The notes under the pieces: model-generated | Database searches by the model: none | Told to the model about the DNA's origin: nothing | The model's input: only the letters and a program-made list of their open reading frames with translations | Shown: in pieces, positions 1 to 13,450 of the stretch | How the letters are laid out: each line of letters starts with the position of its first letter | Numbering within the stretch: the first letter of the stretch is position 1 | DNA from: the human T2T-CHM13v2.0 reference genome, Homo sapiens | Reading direction: 5' to 3' (one strand) | DNA length: 64,000 bases | Assembly: GCF_009914755.1 (NCBI RefSeq) | Contig: NC_060944.1 | Translations under genes and position numbers: made by a program

Positions 1-484
1 ATTATCATGTGTCCAAAAAAAGCTCTCTAGAGTTAAAAGCAGCATCTATCACTGAACAAGACAGCCAAGAGCCTGTGAACTCTGCCTACTGCTTGGTGTC
101 TCAACACCTATTTCCCTAGTCACTGCCTTGAAATTAGCTCTTTAACCCCAAACTGCTAGAAAATACATGAAGTTATTTACTTAGTACCACCTAGGGAAAG
201 GGAACATAGCTACTGCCAAGCCTGCAAGCTGCTATACTCCTTTCTGCTTCTCTGCTCTGCCTCTTCAAGGAGAAAATGTAAAACAGGGATGCAGTGAAAC
301 AATGCTATAAGCCCTAGCTTGGTAACATGGTCATGTAACAGTTCTGCAAGGCCATGGTACTTCACAAAGACTTGGTTCTTGGCTGACAAATGCAGAGGCG
401 TGTCTCCCAAAGTATTGGGCATTTGGGTTGTCCCATGAAGGGAGTATATACTACTCTGCTTGACCAGCGGCTACACCCTCTTCC

Positions 485-955
485 ACTCTCAGTCTGCATG
501 GTTCCACAGGGCTAATCCCACCTCTAGCTCTTGGGATGGGAACATGACTTAGCCCTGGCCAATCAGAACACCCAGCACCCCTGCCAAAGTGACAGGCTCA
601 GGGATGGGAAAGTGAGTCAGGTCAATCTAAAAAGAACTGCAGAACTTCAGGTGGAAACACTGGGAAAGAGAAGCTCTCTTTCCACTTGGCTTGCTAAGCT
701 AAGAAGACACACGTTCAGGGCCAGTGCCATTCTGCCTCTTCAAGCACAAAACCTGCCTGAGAACAAAGGCAAATCTGAGGAAAACAGTGCTTAGAGACTA
801 ACACAGAGACCAATTTTGATGACATGGTTTGATCCTGGATGTGGCTGTGCCTCAATTTCCCAGTTAATTTCTGCTTAAATGAAAAATGTCCCTTTTGGCC
901 TCAATTTGAATTGAGTTTTCTGTCACCTATAACTGAAAGAACCCTGGCTAACAGC
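485..955 (+). mobile_element. MaLR (MLT1-like) LTR relic
   Basis: MLT1-type motifs (ctggccaatcag...; gagttttctgtcacctataactgaaagaaccctggctaaca). Confidence 0.55.
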
Positions 956-1068
956 GCACAGCAATGCAAGAATACACAGCTCAGATTCAGTGGATAGAGG
1001 TGCTAAACAGGAGCCTGAATTTCTCTGACTCTTCTCCTTACTGGGGAGAAATATCTAAGGGTTCTTAC

Positions 1069-1195
1069 TTTGTCTGTTTGTTGACCACAATCACAGAACA
1101 ATCAACGGGCCTTTCGGCATCAAAGCGTCTCTGGATTTCCTCAAAATATTGACGATAAAGCTCTTCTCTACGCCGTTCCTCACGTTTCAAACGCT
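1069..1195 (-). CDS. NCOA5: NCOA5 coding exon 5 (E-RLKREERRREELYRQYFEEIQRRFDAERPVDCSVIVVNKQTK)
   Basis: Minus-strand translation matches NCOA5. tgcag acceptor at 1196-1197 and gtaag donor at 1067-1068; phase is continuous with exon 4. The gene continues off-window. Confidence 0.96.
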
Positions 1196-1590
1196 CTGCA
1201 AAACACCACCAGGGTAAACTGAAATAAGGACTGGACCCTCATTTTAAATCCTGAGCTACTTGTAGGCAAAGGTCATAATACTCTGAATCAATCCTCTGGT
1301 CTATCTCCTAAAAACAGCCAGTATTAATATTTTTTACTATTATAAATTAACCAAAATGTAATGCTGGATTAAAGGACGTGGCCATTTTAATGCTGCATCT
1401 GATACTTACTGCCAAGCTGCTCCCTGAGAAGGCTGATACTAATTTATACCTCCACAGAGGTAGATCATCTAGTGCCTATTTCTCCACACCTTAGTCAACA
1501 GTGAGTACTGTCATTCTTTTTAAGTCTTGCCAACTTGACAGATAAGAATATTATTATTATTCTAATCTGCATTTTTGCTTTTTTTTTGGG

Positions 1591-1690
1591 GAAAAAAATC
1601 AAGTAGTAAAGTTTAAAATTAAAAATTTAAAAGTTCTTTTTTTAAAAGAAAAAAATCAAGTAGTAAAGTTTAAAATTAAAAAATTAAAAT
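1591..1690. repeat. Local direct duplication of ~40 bp (gaaaaaaatcaagtagtaaagtttaaaattaaaaa)
   Basis: Two copies starting at ~1591 and ~1648. Confidence 0.85.
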
Positions 1691-1874
1691 TAAAAATGAG
1701 ATTCTTAAAGATTTCAACTTGGCCAGGTATGAAATAATTTAAGAACCTTTAAAGATGTATTGAGAAAAACCAGGCTTTAAAAAGACATGTTTGCCTTCAT
1801 CTAAAAAAGAGATGCTGTTAGGTAAAAGTTATAAAAAAAACCAAAAACCTATTTTGCCTAGATAATGCAGATAG

Positions 1875-2248
<374 letters not shown>

Positions 2249-2517
2249 ATTTTGTTCATTTCTTATTGCTGGAATTTCATATTTATTTCTTCTTGTTGGA
2301 TGACTAAACCAGATGATGGTACTAATTTGCATCTTAAAAATCATTTTCAAGCCAAATGCTCTTTACCCACTAATAAGCTACTTATATTTCTTCTTTTTAT
2401 ACACTGCTTGGCCAAGGCACTAGCCCTTTTTCAGATGGGGGTACTGGTTATTAGTTTCCTCTCTCTTTTGTAAAGTGTTCTATCAATAATAGGAATAGAC
2501 TGTTTCAGCTACTTTAC

Positions 2518-2654
2518 CTTTTGCACGAGACTGACTTTCTGGGCCTGGAGGGCCCCGTCCATCAAAGCTATCTCTGTAACGGTCAAAATAAGAGTCATCC
2601 TTTCTCCTGCAATAGTCATCCATTCGTAGGTATCGGTCATAAGAGCCTTCTCTC
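2518..2654 (-). CDS. NCOA5: NCOA5 coding exon 4 (REGSYDRYLRMDDYCRRKDDSYFDRYRDSFDGRGPPGPESQSRAK)
   Basis: Translation; ttcag acceptor at 2655-2656 and gtaaag donor at 2516-2517; 137 nt. Confidence 0.96.
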
Positions 2655-2924
2655 CTGAAAAGTTAAGGAAATTTTCATAAAGATAAAACTGTGTCTTATC
2701 CTGAAAAAGTCACCTAGAGAATTCTCTGGGATTAGACAAATGAGGTTTATATCTGGGACTCACTGCATTATCAGCTCTGTGGCTGTGATAGAGTTAACCT
2801 GTCTCACGGAGATGATGTACAGAAAGCACTTAGCATGGTCTTTGGCATATATTAAATGCAAAATAACTGGCAGGAATTATTGATACTAGTTTTGAGGAAA
2901 CATTACATGTCCCTCCCTTGTGCT

Positions 2925-4045
<1,121 letters not shown>

Positions 4046-4226
4046 AATGTTGAAAATCATTCATACATTCAGCAAAATTTATTGAGCAGCAGCACATCTA
4101 TCACTTGACAGTCACCAGAAATAAAAGGCTGATAAAATGACTGCTCTTACAGAGCTTTCAATTAGTTTAGCAGAACATACATAAAAAGAACTCAGGAAAA
4201 AACAAGCAGAGTAACTACGTATGTAC

Positions 4227-4553
4227 CTGTACATAGGATCTCGGGAGTCTCTCATGTCTCTGTATCTGTCGTACATGGGGTCTCGCTGATCTCGAAAATC
4301 CCTAGAGTCTCTTAGATCACGAAAGTCTCTAAGATCCCTCACGTCCCGAACGTCGCGCACACTCCTGCTGTCTCTGTGATCCCGCAAATCTCTACTATGT
4401 CTGTGGTCCCGCAAGTCTCGGGGGTCTCGAATGTCTCTGCTGTCCCGGGCATCCCGGCCATTTCTGCCATCCCTGGGCTCTCTCCTTGGACTTCCTCGAA
4501 TTGGGGATCGATCACGCCTTGAATCTCGACTGTCTCCAAAGCCATATGGATCC
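4227..4553 (-). CDS. NCOA5: NCOA5 coding exon 3, Arg-Asp (RD) repeat region
   Basis: Encodes DPYGFGDSRDSRRDRSP...RDLRDHRDSRSVRDVRDVRDLRDFRD...RDPMYR. cacag acceptor at 4554-4555 and gtacat donor at 4225-4226; 327 nt. Confidence 0.97.
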
Positions 4554-6349
4554 CTGTGGGAGGTAGCAAGAAAATGCTAAGACAAAGAAATTGAAAGTAG
4601 CCAACCCATCAGCTCTTCATATGAGAAAACCCCCACCCTCCAAGCATTCTTCTCTAAAACAGGGCAGCCAAACAGAACATGACTCAACATTTAAGGCCAG
4701 TCATCCATCTGGTCAGCAAATAGTCTAGAGGTTCCACAATCTCAAAAGATTAGGACATCAAAAGAATGCATGACCAAAAACTGAAGGTTTTGACTGGATA
4801 ACAGTATTCATCAGGCTTTCAAAGTGAAAGTGTCTTTCCACCAGACTTGCTTGAAAGAGACTTTACAAGGGGTAAAAAGTTGGAGTGACAGAGTAAGGAG
4901 GCAAGACTCATGAAGAAAAAAAGAGCGAATGGCACAATCTTATAAAAGTGATCAAAGGAACTGTCCTTAAAGTACGGAAAATGCACTTGAAGTATCTTGG
5001 CAGGATAATAAAATTAAGGGGAAAAAATTACTATAAGATACATACAGTAAAGGACCAAGAACAATCTGTTTCTCTGTTTTGTCAGGGCTATTGAGTATTG
5101 GTATCTCTCAATCTGAGGGTTTACGTAGAAGCTGATTCCATTTTGCTCAAGATGGTTTAAAAAAAAAAAAAAGAGAACAAAACAAAACAAAACAAAAAAA
5201 CAACCTGAACAGTGAAGTCACAGATATGCTTTGTCTGCTCTGACTCAATGTTCTTCATGAGACGTTTCAACCCACTGGAAACTCCTCTTCAACATATTTA
5301 AAATTAAAAACTTCTTACCCCAACCCCATCAGTCCCATTCCCCACTTTTCCACTTTTGACAAAATCATCTTTCTACTTATCAAGTTTTAAGTTCTTGAAT
5401 ATTAACTATGCTTTTTCTTCCCCCATCCCAATAAAGTCACTTGTGTCCCGTTCACTTTTTCTTTCCATTCCCATTGGATTTGTAAGTCCAATCCAAGCCC
5501 TTATTTCTATTCTGACACCAACAGGTTTCCAAAACACAAAATTAAAAATCAACCTACTTGCTTTCAATTCATTCAACACATAAATACACTAACTATCCTA
5601 AAATGCCAACTTCTATGTTAGAAAGCCTAATAAATCTGACAGCTATTATCTCCCTCTCATTTCTAATTCAACCTCCTCAGTTCTACTTAATTCTTATAAC
5701 TCACAAGATATAATCTATCTCAATAGTTTTATTTATTTGATTTCTATACTTGGAATATTTTTCCTGCACTAATCCAAGTACCATCCAATCCACACAGGCA
5801 AGTTCGTGTCCCATGTCTTCCAAGAAACCTTCCCTACCCTTCCTAACTGCTGATCTCTTCTGCTCAGCTCAGGGCACTTTCTATCTGTATTACTCATCTT
5901 GATCTGGCATTTACCCTTTTACAACAATGTCTTATGTCTGACCCGCTTTAAGGATTACCTTCTCCGTAAAACCTGCCCTGAACTCTTGATCTTCCCCAAC
6001 AACCATGCTCCTCCTCCAGTCCTTCCCATCTCAGTAAATGGCACATCCAACTACTCAGTTACTCAAGCCACGAAACTGGATGTCATCTTTCCCTTAAAGC
6101 CTCATCCTCCCTTCCAACCACATTTCCAAATTTTCTCCATTCTTTCTCAGTTCTGCCCACTTTCCTTTACCTTCTTTGGCAAAACTGAAGGCCAGCGCAT
6201 AATCATCTCACCCTCAAACCACAGCAAGAGCCTTCTAAAGCAGTCTCCTCATTTCTGTTTTTGCCTCTTTCCAAATCTTTCTCCAGAAAGATCACTCTAC
6301 AGTGATCTGTTACGTATGTAAAGCCCTTCCCTGGTTTCCCACAGTATGT

Positions 6350-6520
6350 ATTTATTTTTATAGGGATGAGATCTCACCTATGCTGCCCAGGCTGGAGTGC
6401 AGTGGCTATTCACAGGTGGGATCACGGAACACTACAGCCTTGAACTCCTGGGCTCAAGTGATCCTCCTGCCTCAGCCTACCAAGTAGCTGGAACTACAGA
6501 TGTGTGCCACTGTGCCAGGC
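6350..6520 (-). mobile_element. Alu monomer (FLAM/FAM-like) within L2-type remnants
   Basis: ctcacctatgctgcccaggctggagtgcagtggctattcacagg is the 7SL-like monomer pattern. Confidence 0.75.
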
Positions 6521-9500
6521 TCCCACAGTATTTAGAATTCAATCTACAACCTCTACCAATGCCATGAAGGTCCTGTATAATCTTGGCTCCTGTCTTCTCT
6601 AACCCTGTCACACCCTCTCCCTAGTTCACCACTCTTTGCCACACCGGCCTTTCAGCTCTGCCTAGCCAATGTCTTTCCTGATCCCTTTACGTGAGTAGCA
6701 GGAAGAGATCTATACTCCTCTTCCAGGTCTCAGCATATAAATATCCCCTACTCCCTGATTGTTAGATTCAATCAAAGTTTACTTTCTGCCCCTAAAATTC
6801 TCTCATAGCACTGTTTTCACTTTTGTCATTTATCACAAATTGACATTACATATTTACTTAATGTCTGTCTGCCCTACTAGACTACAAGTGCCACAAGGAC
6901 AAGAACTATGTCACTTTGATTCTGCACTACAAACCCACTATGTAGAACAATGTCTGTTATACGACAGATGCTCTATATGTATGTTGAATGAATCTTGCTC
7001 CAGTACAAACTTCTATAACCGCACTTACCACACTGTTCTGTAATTGTTTACGTGGCTTCCCTACCAAATAAGAAGTTCTCTTGAAGGCTTTGTAGCTCTA
7101 GGATACACCATAGGAGTTCAGTAAATGTTTAATGAATTGAATTATTCTACTAAACTGTAAGCCTCTCAAGAGCAGGCAGCATGTTTTGCTCATACTTTTG
7201 TCGTCTACCATGGTTACACACGTTAGGTATTCATCATGATGTCATCAGCTTGTGGAAAACCTCACCTCAGCTACACGGGCACAGCAAAAACAATTTAAAT
7301 GCCAATTTTGCTTCCATGAAAAATATTTGTTATATATTCTAAGGTTCACCAGCATTCCTGACTTGTGAGAGCAAACATATCATAGACCAGGGACTTTAAA
7401 TGAGAATAGCTAAGCATTATTTTTCTTATTAGAATAAAGTAAAGACTAACCAAGATTCTTACTTCAACTTTCCTTATTACATCATATAATCTTCCTAACA
7501 TGCAACATCTGATGTAGCATGTAATGTGGGCAAACACTCAAGATCCAAATAGAAAGGACAACTGCAAAGTATTTTTGGATTAATGATCGGCAGATAAACC
7601 TGCCTTGGGGAGCAGTTAGAAGTAGTCATTAGAGGTGGAATCCAATTTCAAGTGTTCTTGGCAATCAGGGCTGAGATATCATGATCCTGACAGACCACAG
7701 ACCACACACAAAGCCTTGGGCTGGTGGAAATCGGGGTGGGGCATGTCATAGCATGTTATTTACCACCTTCGGAGTATTATAAGTGTTATGTTATGATTGG
7801 TCCTCATTCTTTTGAATCCACTGAAAAACCTTACTTACCTGTCAAAGTCCATCCCTGCAAGTTGACTAAAACTCTAGATTCGCAAAGTCTGGGTTCAATC
7901 TTCCAGTCTGAGAGGGCAAGCCCCACCCTTTCCCTCAAATAATTTGAAGTCCATGTGCAACAAAACTACTAATTCCCTCTCAAGTGCCTTCAGGGTAAAA
8001 ATGTAGAAGAGGTGATATTCACAAAAGGAAAAAGAACCAAAGGCATGGTGGAAGTAGGGACAAAGAAGATAATAATTTTCTCAAAAGGAAAGGCAAAGCC
8101 TTTTTTCCTTTCTCCAAAAGATAAACACTATGGTAGACTGCTGTTCTTCTGGAGACGAAAACAAAACAAAAAACCCTTTAGGGTTGCTTTAGGACCCAAA
8201 CAAAGAACTCCTCAGAACAAAAGGGCTCCTGCTGCTGGCCCCAACATATTTTTCAAAACAAGACTACAGCTAACAAAAGGGCAGTAGTATGCACGAATCA
8301 AAGTGCAAGAAGACAAAGCTTCCTGTGGGAGACGCTGGACCTCAGATGATAAGTGGGTTAGAATCAGGTTTCTGGAGCATAATAAGGTTAACAATATCAT
8401 CCCACAGCACCAGAGGTGTTTTACTAAAGGAACCAAATGCAGCATACCCTCAGGTACTACATCACTAGAGGATAAAAAGAAACTGAACAGTGGTTAAATT
8501 TCAGCACTGGAGTCCACAAACTGAAGGCAGGTGGCAAACACAACTAAAATTCTGCTGTAAATTCCTCATCTATTCAGGAGGGGGAAAAAGGCAAATACTC
8601 TTTGCCTTGAGGGGAATATAGTCACACTGCTGGGAAACATTTGAGACGTAAGGGCGAAAGGGGTGAAGGGGAAAACAATGGCTCTGGTGGCAAGTGATGA
8701 GCTTCTGGTAGAATGTGTCTCTTCCTGAGGACTAAAGGGGTGTGCAGAGCACCAGGCATGTGACAGCCTACAGAGTAAGAACTGATAGATGATCATCTTG
8801 GAAAACTGTGATGGACTTTGAATTTCTCTTTGGCAAGAGACTGAAACTTCACATCCAAGATGGTTTTCTTTGGCTTTGGTTCTACAGACGGTCAGGGAGG
8901 AAGACCCCTGTCTTTTTCTTTCTTTTCTGCAAAGGTCAGCATCTCCTTTCTTCCTTTCTGTTCACCGGAATGTCTTCCTTGGGAGGGCCAGCCTCTTTCT
9001 GACCCTGAAAAATCCTTCATTAGCTCTTCAAACTTCTGTCACAGATATACTGTCCACAAATATCATCATCTAAATGGCTGGCTGCTGTATGATGTTGATC
9101 CTCCACCAGGAGGGCTTCATGCTACTGTTAGAAATGGAGACAACAGACTTGTCCAGAATATTGCCATTAGGTGGAGGTAGGATATGGACGTGCAATGAGA
9201 TATCACACCTCACAGACCCAAATTTTACACATGTCCATGCTTTTCCTTAGGAAGCACTGACAACCTTCTCCAGCACAAACAGAACTTTCTTATTGGTAGA
9301 GGTGGCAGCTGCTGAGAACTGATGACTTCTTCAAGTGTTACTGCAGAGGTAATCACAACCTGGAATTTCTTTGTGGCCCACCTAGAGCAAGGGCTGTCTC
9401 ACAACCAGGGAGCAAGCAATAATCAAAAGCATTAGGGCCCTGTGGATAAGCAGAAAGCATTTCAGGTCATATAAGAAACTTGTCTACAGCCAGGTTATTT

Positions 9501-10515
9501 CTGATGAGCCGATACCCAATGACTTTCACCAAAGAGATACCAGGTTTAACATCTTTCACAAATATATGGGGAAAAATCCTCTGCAGAGCGTTGGATGCAG
9601 ACAAGTTAATTCTATTTGTTCTTCTTTAAGTCATTCAGAAGTACAGTCTTACTTCTTGTACCTAGAGGCCACATCTGCATAAAGATATGCTACAAGATCT
9701 GGACTGTCAAGGTGTTGAGCTGAAGATGGTAACTGAGATATCTAAGGCACAACTGGAATCATGATCCTGTCTTTGAAGAAGGACTAATGCTTAGTATCGA
9801 TGCTTGACAACTTGCATGGTAACTATGCAAGGTACTCACAGGAGTTCAATGAAGTGGCCCTCAAGAGTTAGATGATAAGAATTCAGGCTGAAATGTGATC
9901 CAGAGCAGAGATTCCTCATGCAGAGTTCTGTGCTTGGCTGGGCCAATATTGTCAGAATTACACACTGACAGCTGGAGTCATCAGGGAGTCATATTATTGA
10001 ATAGAGAGCAAAGCCAGCAGAACTGTGGTTTACTGAAACATCTGAAGAGGTGATAATCCTGTAAAACTCCCAAAGATACCTACGTTAAGTCCAGCAAAAC
10101 AAGGTGTTATAAAGGTCTTGCCAGTATGCTTATACCAATATTCTTATTAAACGTAGAAAGCGCTAAAAATGTAGAGGTATAACTTTAGGAAATATTTGCC
10201 ATAGGTAGTGTTTTTTTTCCCCTGTGAATGATGCACCCCCTGTGGCTGGGGGCATACAAAATGATTAGGGCTGCCAAATAAAGGCAGTTTGTTGTTGTCA
10301 ACTATTGATACATTTGGAGTTATCTCAAGGCTTTGACTGGAAGCATGCACCCAAAGAAGGAGGTACCCAGTGTTCACCCTCAGTTAAATGATTTGCCCCT
10401 TCCAGATTAATTACTTGCCCGTCTCACCTACTCTTTGCAATTTATGTCTGCCCTATTGGTATATCTTAAGAGATAAAGTATGATCAGGACAATGATTAAA
10501 ATGTTAGTGCTCGCT

Positions 10516-10621
10516 ATTTTGAATACAATGTTAAACCTGTCTTTTTTTTTAAGGTAAAAAACTGGGATTTTGAATACAATGTTAAATTTGTCTTTTTTTT
10601 TTTTTAAGGTAAAAAACTGGG
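10516..10621. repeat. Tandem duplication of a ~51-55 bp unit
   Basis: attttgaatacaatgttaaa..tgtc(T)n aaggtaaaaaactggg occurs twice. Confidence 0.9.
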
Positions 10622-10953
10622 ACTCTTAGTTCGGTTTTTAGATGGGGTTACTAATGGTGACCATCATTCTTCCCTGAAGCAAATAAACATGACTGTATGG
10701 AACTTCATCATGTTAAATAACATGCTGAGGAACCCAGCTAGGGAAATATCACCAAGGGGAAGATGGATTGTTAATGGAATTTGAATTAGCCTAGCTGTCC
10801 CTCCTGTTGATTGTAAATAAAGCAGGAAGTCACTGCCCTATCCACACCACCAAATGACCTCATTTTACAATTGATTTCTGAGGAAGGTGATATTTTAAAA
10901 GGCATACAAAGGTGACCTGTATATTTATATAGTTGGTAAGGAGCTCATTTTAT

Positions 10954-11352
<399 letters not shown>

Positions 11353-13412
11353 TAATGCTCTGGCAACGGCTATTACTGGGTTTCAACCAGGGAAGTTGGT
11401 CATTCCCCAACACTGCAATGTTTGTTGAATATCTACAATCAACTAGAAATGTTAAAAGCATTTGGTTAAGTATCATTAACAGGATGATATAAAATACCCT
11501 TCTCAATCCATAACAGAAACAGGATCTATTCTCTATTCTGCAATGTGGCTTATTTGTTGTTGTTGTTTTTGCCTGCAGAAACACACAGACATTATCCAGA
11601 GATCACCAAGTATCATGGAGACAACAGAGAGGGGTAGGATTTTACTAGCGGAGTCAGTGTCTTTTATAGTTACAAATTCCACACTCCTGGTAAGTCACCA
11701 GGAAACACACACGTTAGCGCTCTTTGGAAATTGGATACACACCTTATCTCCTTTCAAGCCACCTGGCAACTAAAGATTCCAATGGGAACCCTGTACTTCT
11801 GAAGATTAGATGCAACTCTTATCCACCTGTATTCCATTCTGTGCTGGGACAATAAGGAGCAACACAGATAGGACTGCCCAAGATCTGTGGCATGGTTAGA
11901 TGAAGGCTAATGAAAGCAGACATTATACGGAACTGCTGAAGTTCTGCAGGATTTGTTTATGTTCTTCAGGATACTCACACATACACACAAATCAACCAAC
12001 AGAGTATTTACCTGCAAGCTGCAAGCATTCTTTAGAGAGAACAGACAGAATACCAATTTACATGCCCACTTCCGCAGTGAAACCAACGAATGGCCAGGGA
12101 ATCCACACGACAGCTGTGGTATATAGCTGTAGCTATGGTATTGGATTCAACTCTGCTGCACAGGCAGAGTGGACAAAGACTCCAACTGAATGAAACCAGC
12201 AGCATTACCTTGCCCTTAGGGTCTGCTTAAACTGCAGAGTGGGCATGCGTAATCTATTCCCGGTAGCTAGAACTTCACATCCAAGTAGGAGTATATACAT
12301 GAAACACACAGTGGACATTCTTTCATATAAGCAGGTAACAAAATACAGGTGTTTTTGTCCAAAAGCAGGACAGCTGTATGTTATGCGTAATGCTCAGTTA
12401 GTTGGGTTCACAAGGTGACCAGTGGAGCTACCAGTACAGACGAGGATTCACTGTATGCAGCACTGTCCAGTTCACTGTAGGAAATGCAGTTTACTGTGGT
12501 ACGTAGTTTAGTTATGTTTCTGGGGAAAACTGGCTTTTTTACTTAGAGGCAAGGCAAAATCAATTAATCCATTTGGGCCTTGAAGAGACACCAGATATGA
12601 AATATATCATTCGTATGAAATATATCATATCTGTCTGCCCTCTACACAAAACTGCATCCACTTGTGTGCTGTTATGGGGCCAGAACAATTGAATACAGTA
12701 TCTTTATTTTTGGTGTAAATGGTATCATTAATAAAGCTCTTCTTTGAGAGAAGGGACCAATTTAATGTGTATCTTGAGGGTACACACCAGGATTATCTCT
12801 TTTGTATACACCGGAAGGAAGAATACATTGGGAAAACACCCTCGATTTCCGTGAAAGCTAAGAAAAAGGGAGACCTTCGAGAGCTGGAGTGTTTTGCCCT
12901 TTTTATTTCCCCTCAAACAGATAACCCAAGTATGTAAGCAAACAGGGGATCTGCAGCACAGGCACAGCGGCAATCTCTCAAGCAGCACTTTCCGTAAACC
13001 TGGGTTAACATCTGGACCGGCAGCCATTTGGAATGAAGAGTCGAATCTCTGCTGCCCACTGCAGTGCAGCATGGCATACACCAATGACTCTGGGGCACTC
13101 CTTCTGCTCTGGAGGCTCCCAATGACACGTGAGCTGGGGACAGACAGAGGTTTATCCTCTTCCAATTGCCTGCAACTCATGTTGCAAGCTGAACTTGCTG
13201 GATTTGCCACCGAAAACACAAAGCTTCCTCTGTATCTCCTGATGTATGTTTAAAAAAAGCAGCAAGGCCCTTCACACAGGGTTCATGTTCTTATTGTTTG
13301 CTTGAGCGTTTCACTTGTTGGGGGGAAGAAAAGACCTTTGGTGTACGAAGCTGGGCTTAACTCCCCAGAGCCCAACTCTCCCAAGGTAACTCACGGCTTC
13401 AGGGTACTTTAC

Positions 13413-13450
13413 CTTCGTGTGGGGCTGGGTCTTGATGGAGCCGTATTCAT
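13413..13450 (-). CDS. NCOA5: NCOA5 exon 2 coding part (start codon; MNTAPSRPSPTRR); whole exon 13413-13479
   Basis: ATG at 13450-13448, ttttcag acceptor at 13480-13481 and AAG|gtaaag donor at 13411-13412. The phase-2 junction joins exon 3 in frame. Confidence 0.95.

Noticed and set aside
8012-9180. Plus-strand ORFs of 64-106 aa within NCOA5 intron 2
   Set aside because: Best explained as antisense shadows of the minus-strand decayed frames; the plus-strand peptides look unnatural.
9407-9450. YPQGPN as a possible reverse-transcriptase LPQG motif
   Set aside because: No YxDD or other RT motif was found at the expected distance in the frames translated, so a retroelement pol origin of the fossil tract is not supported by eye.
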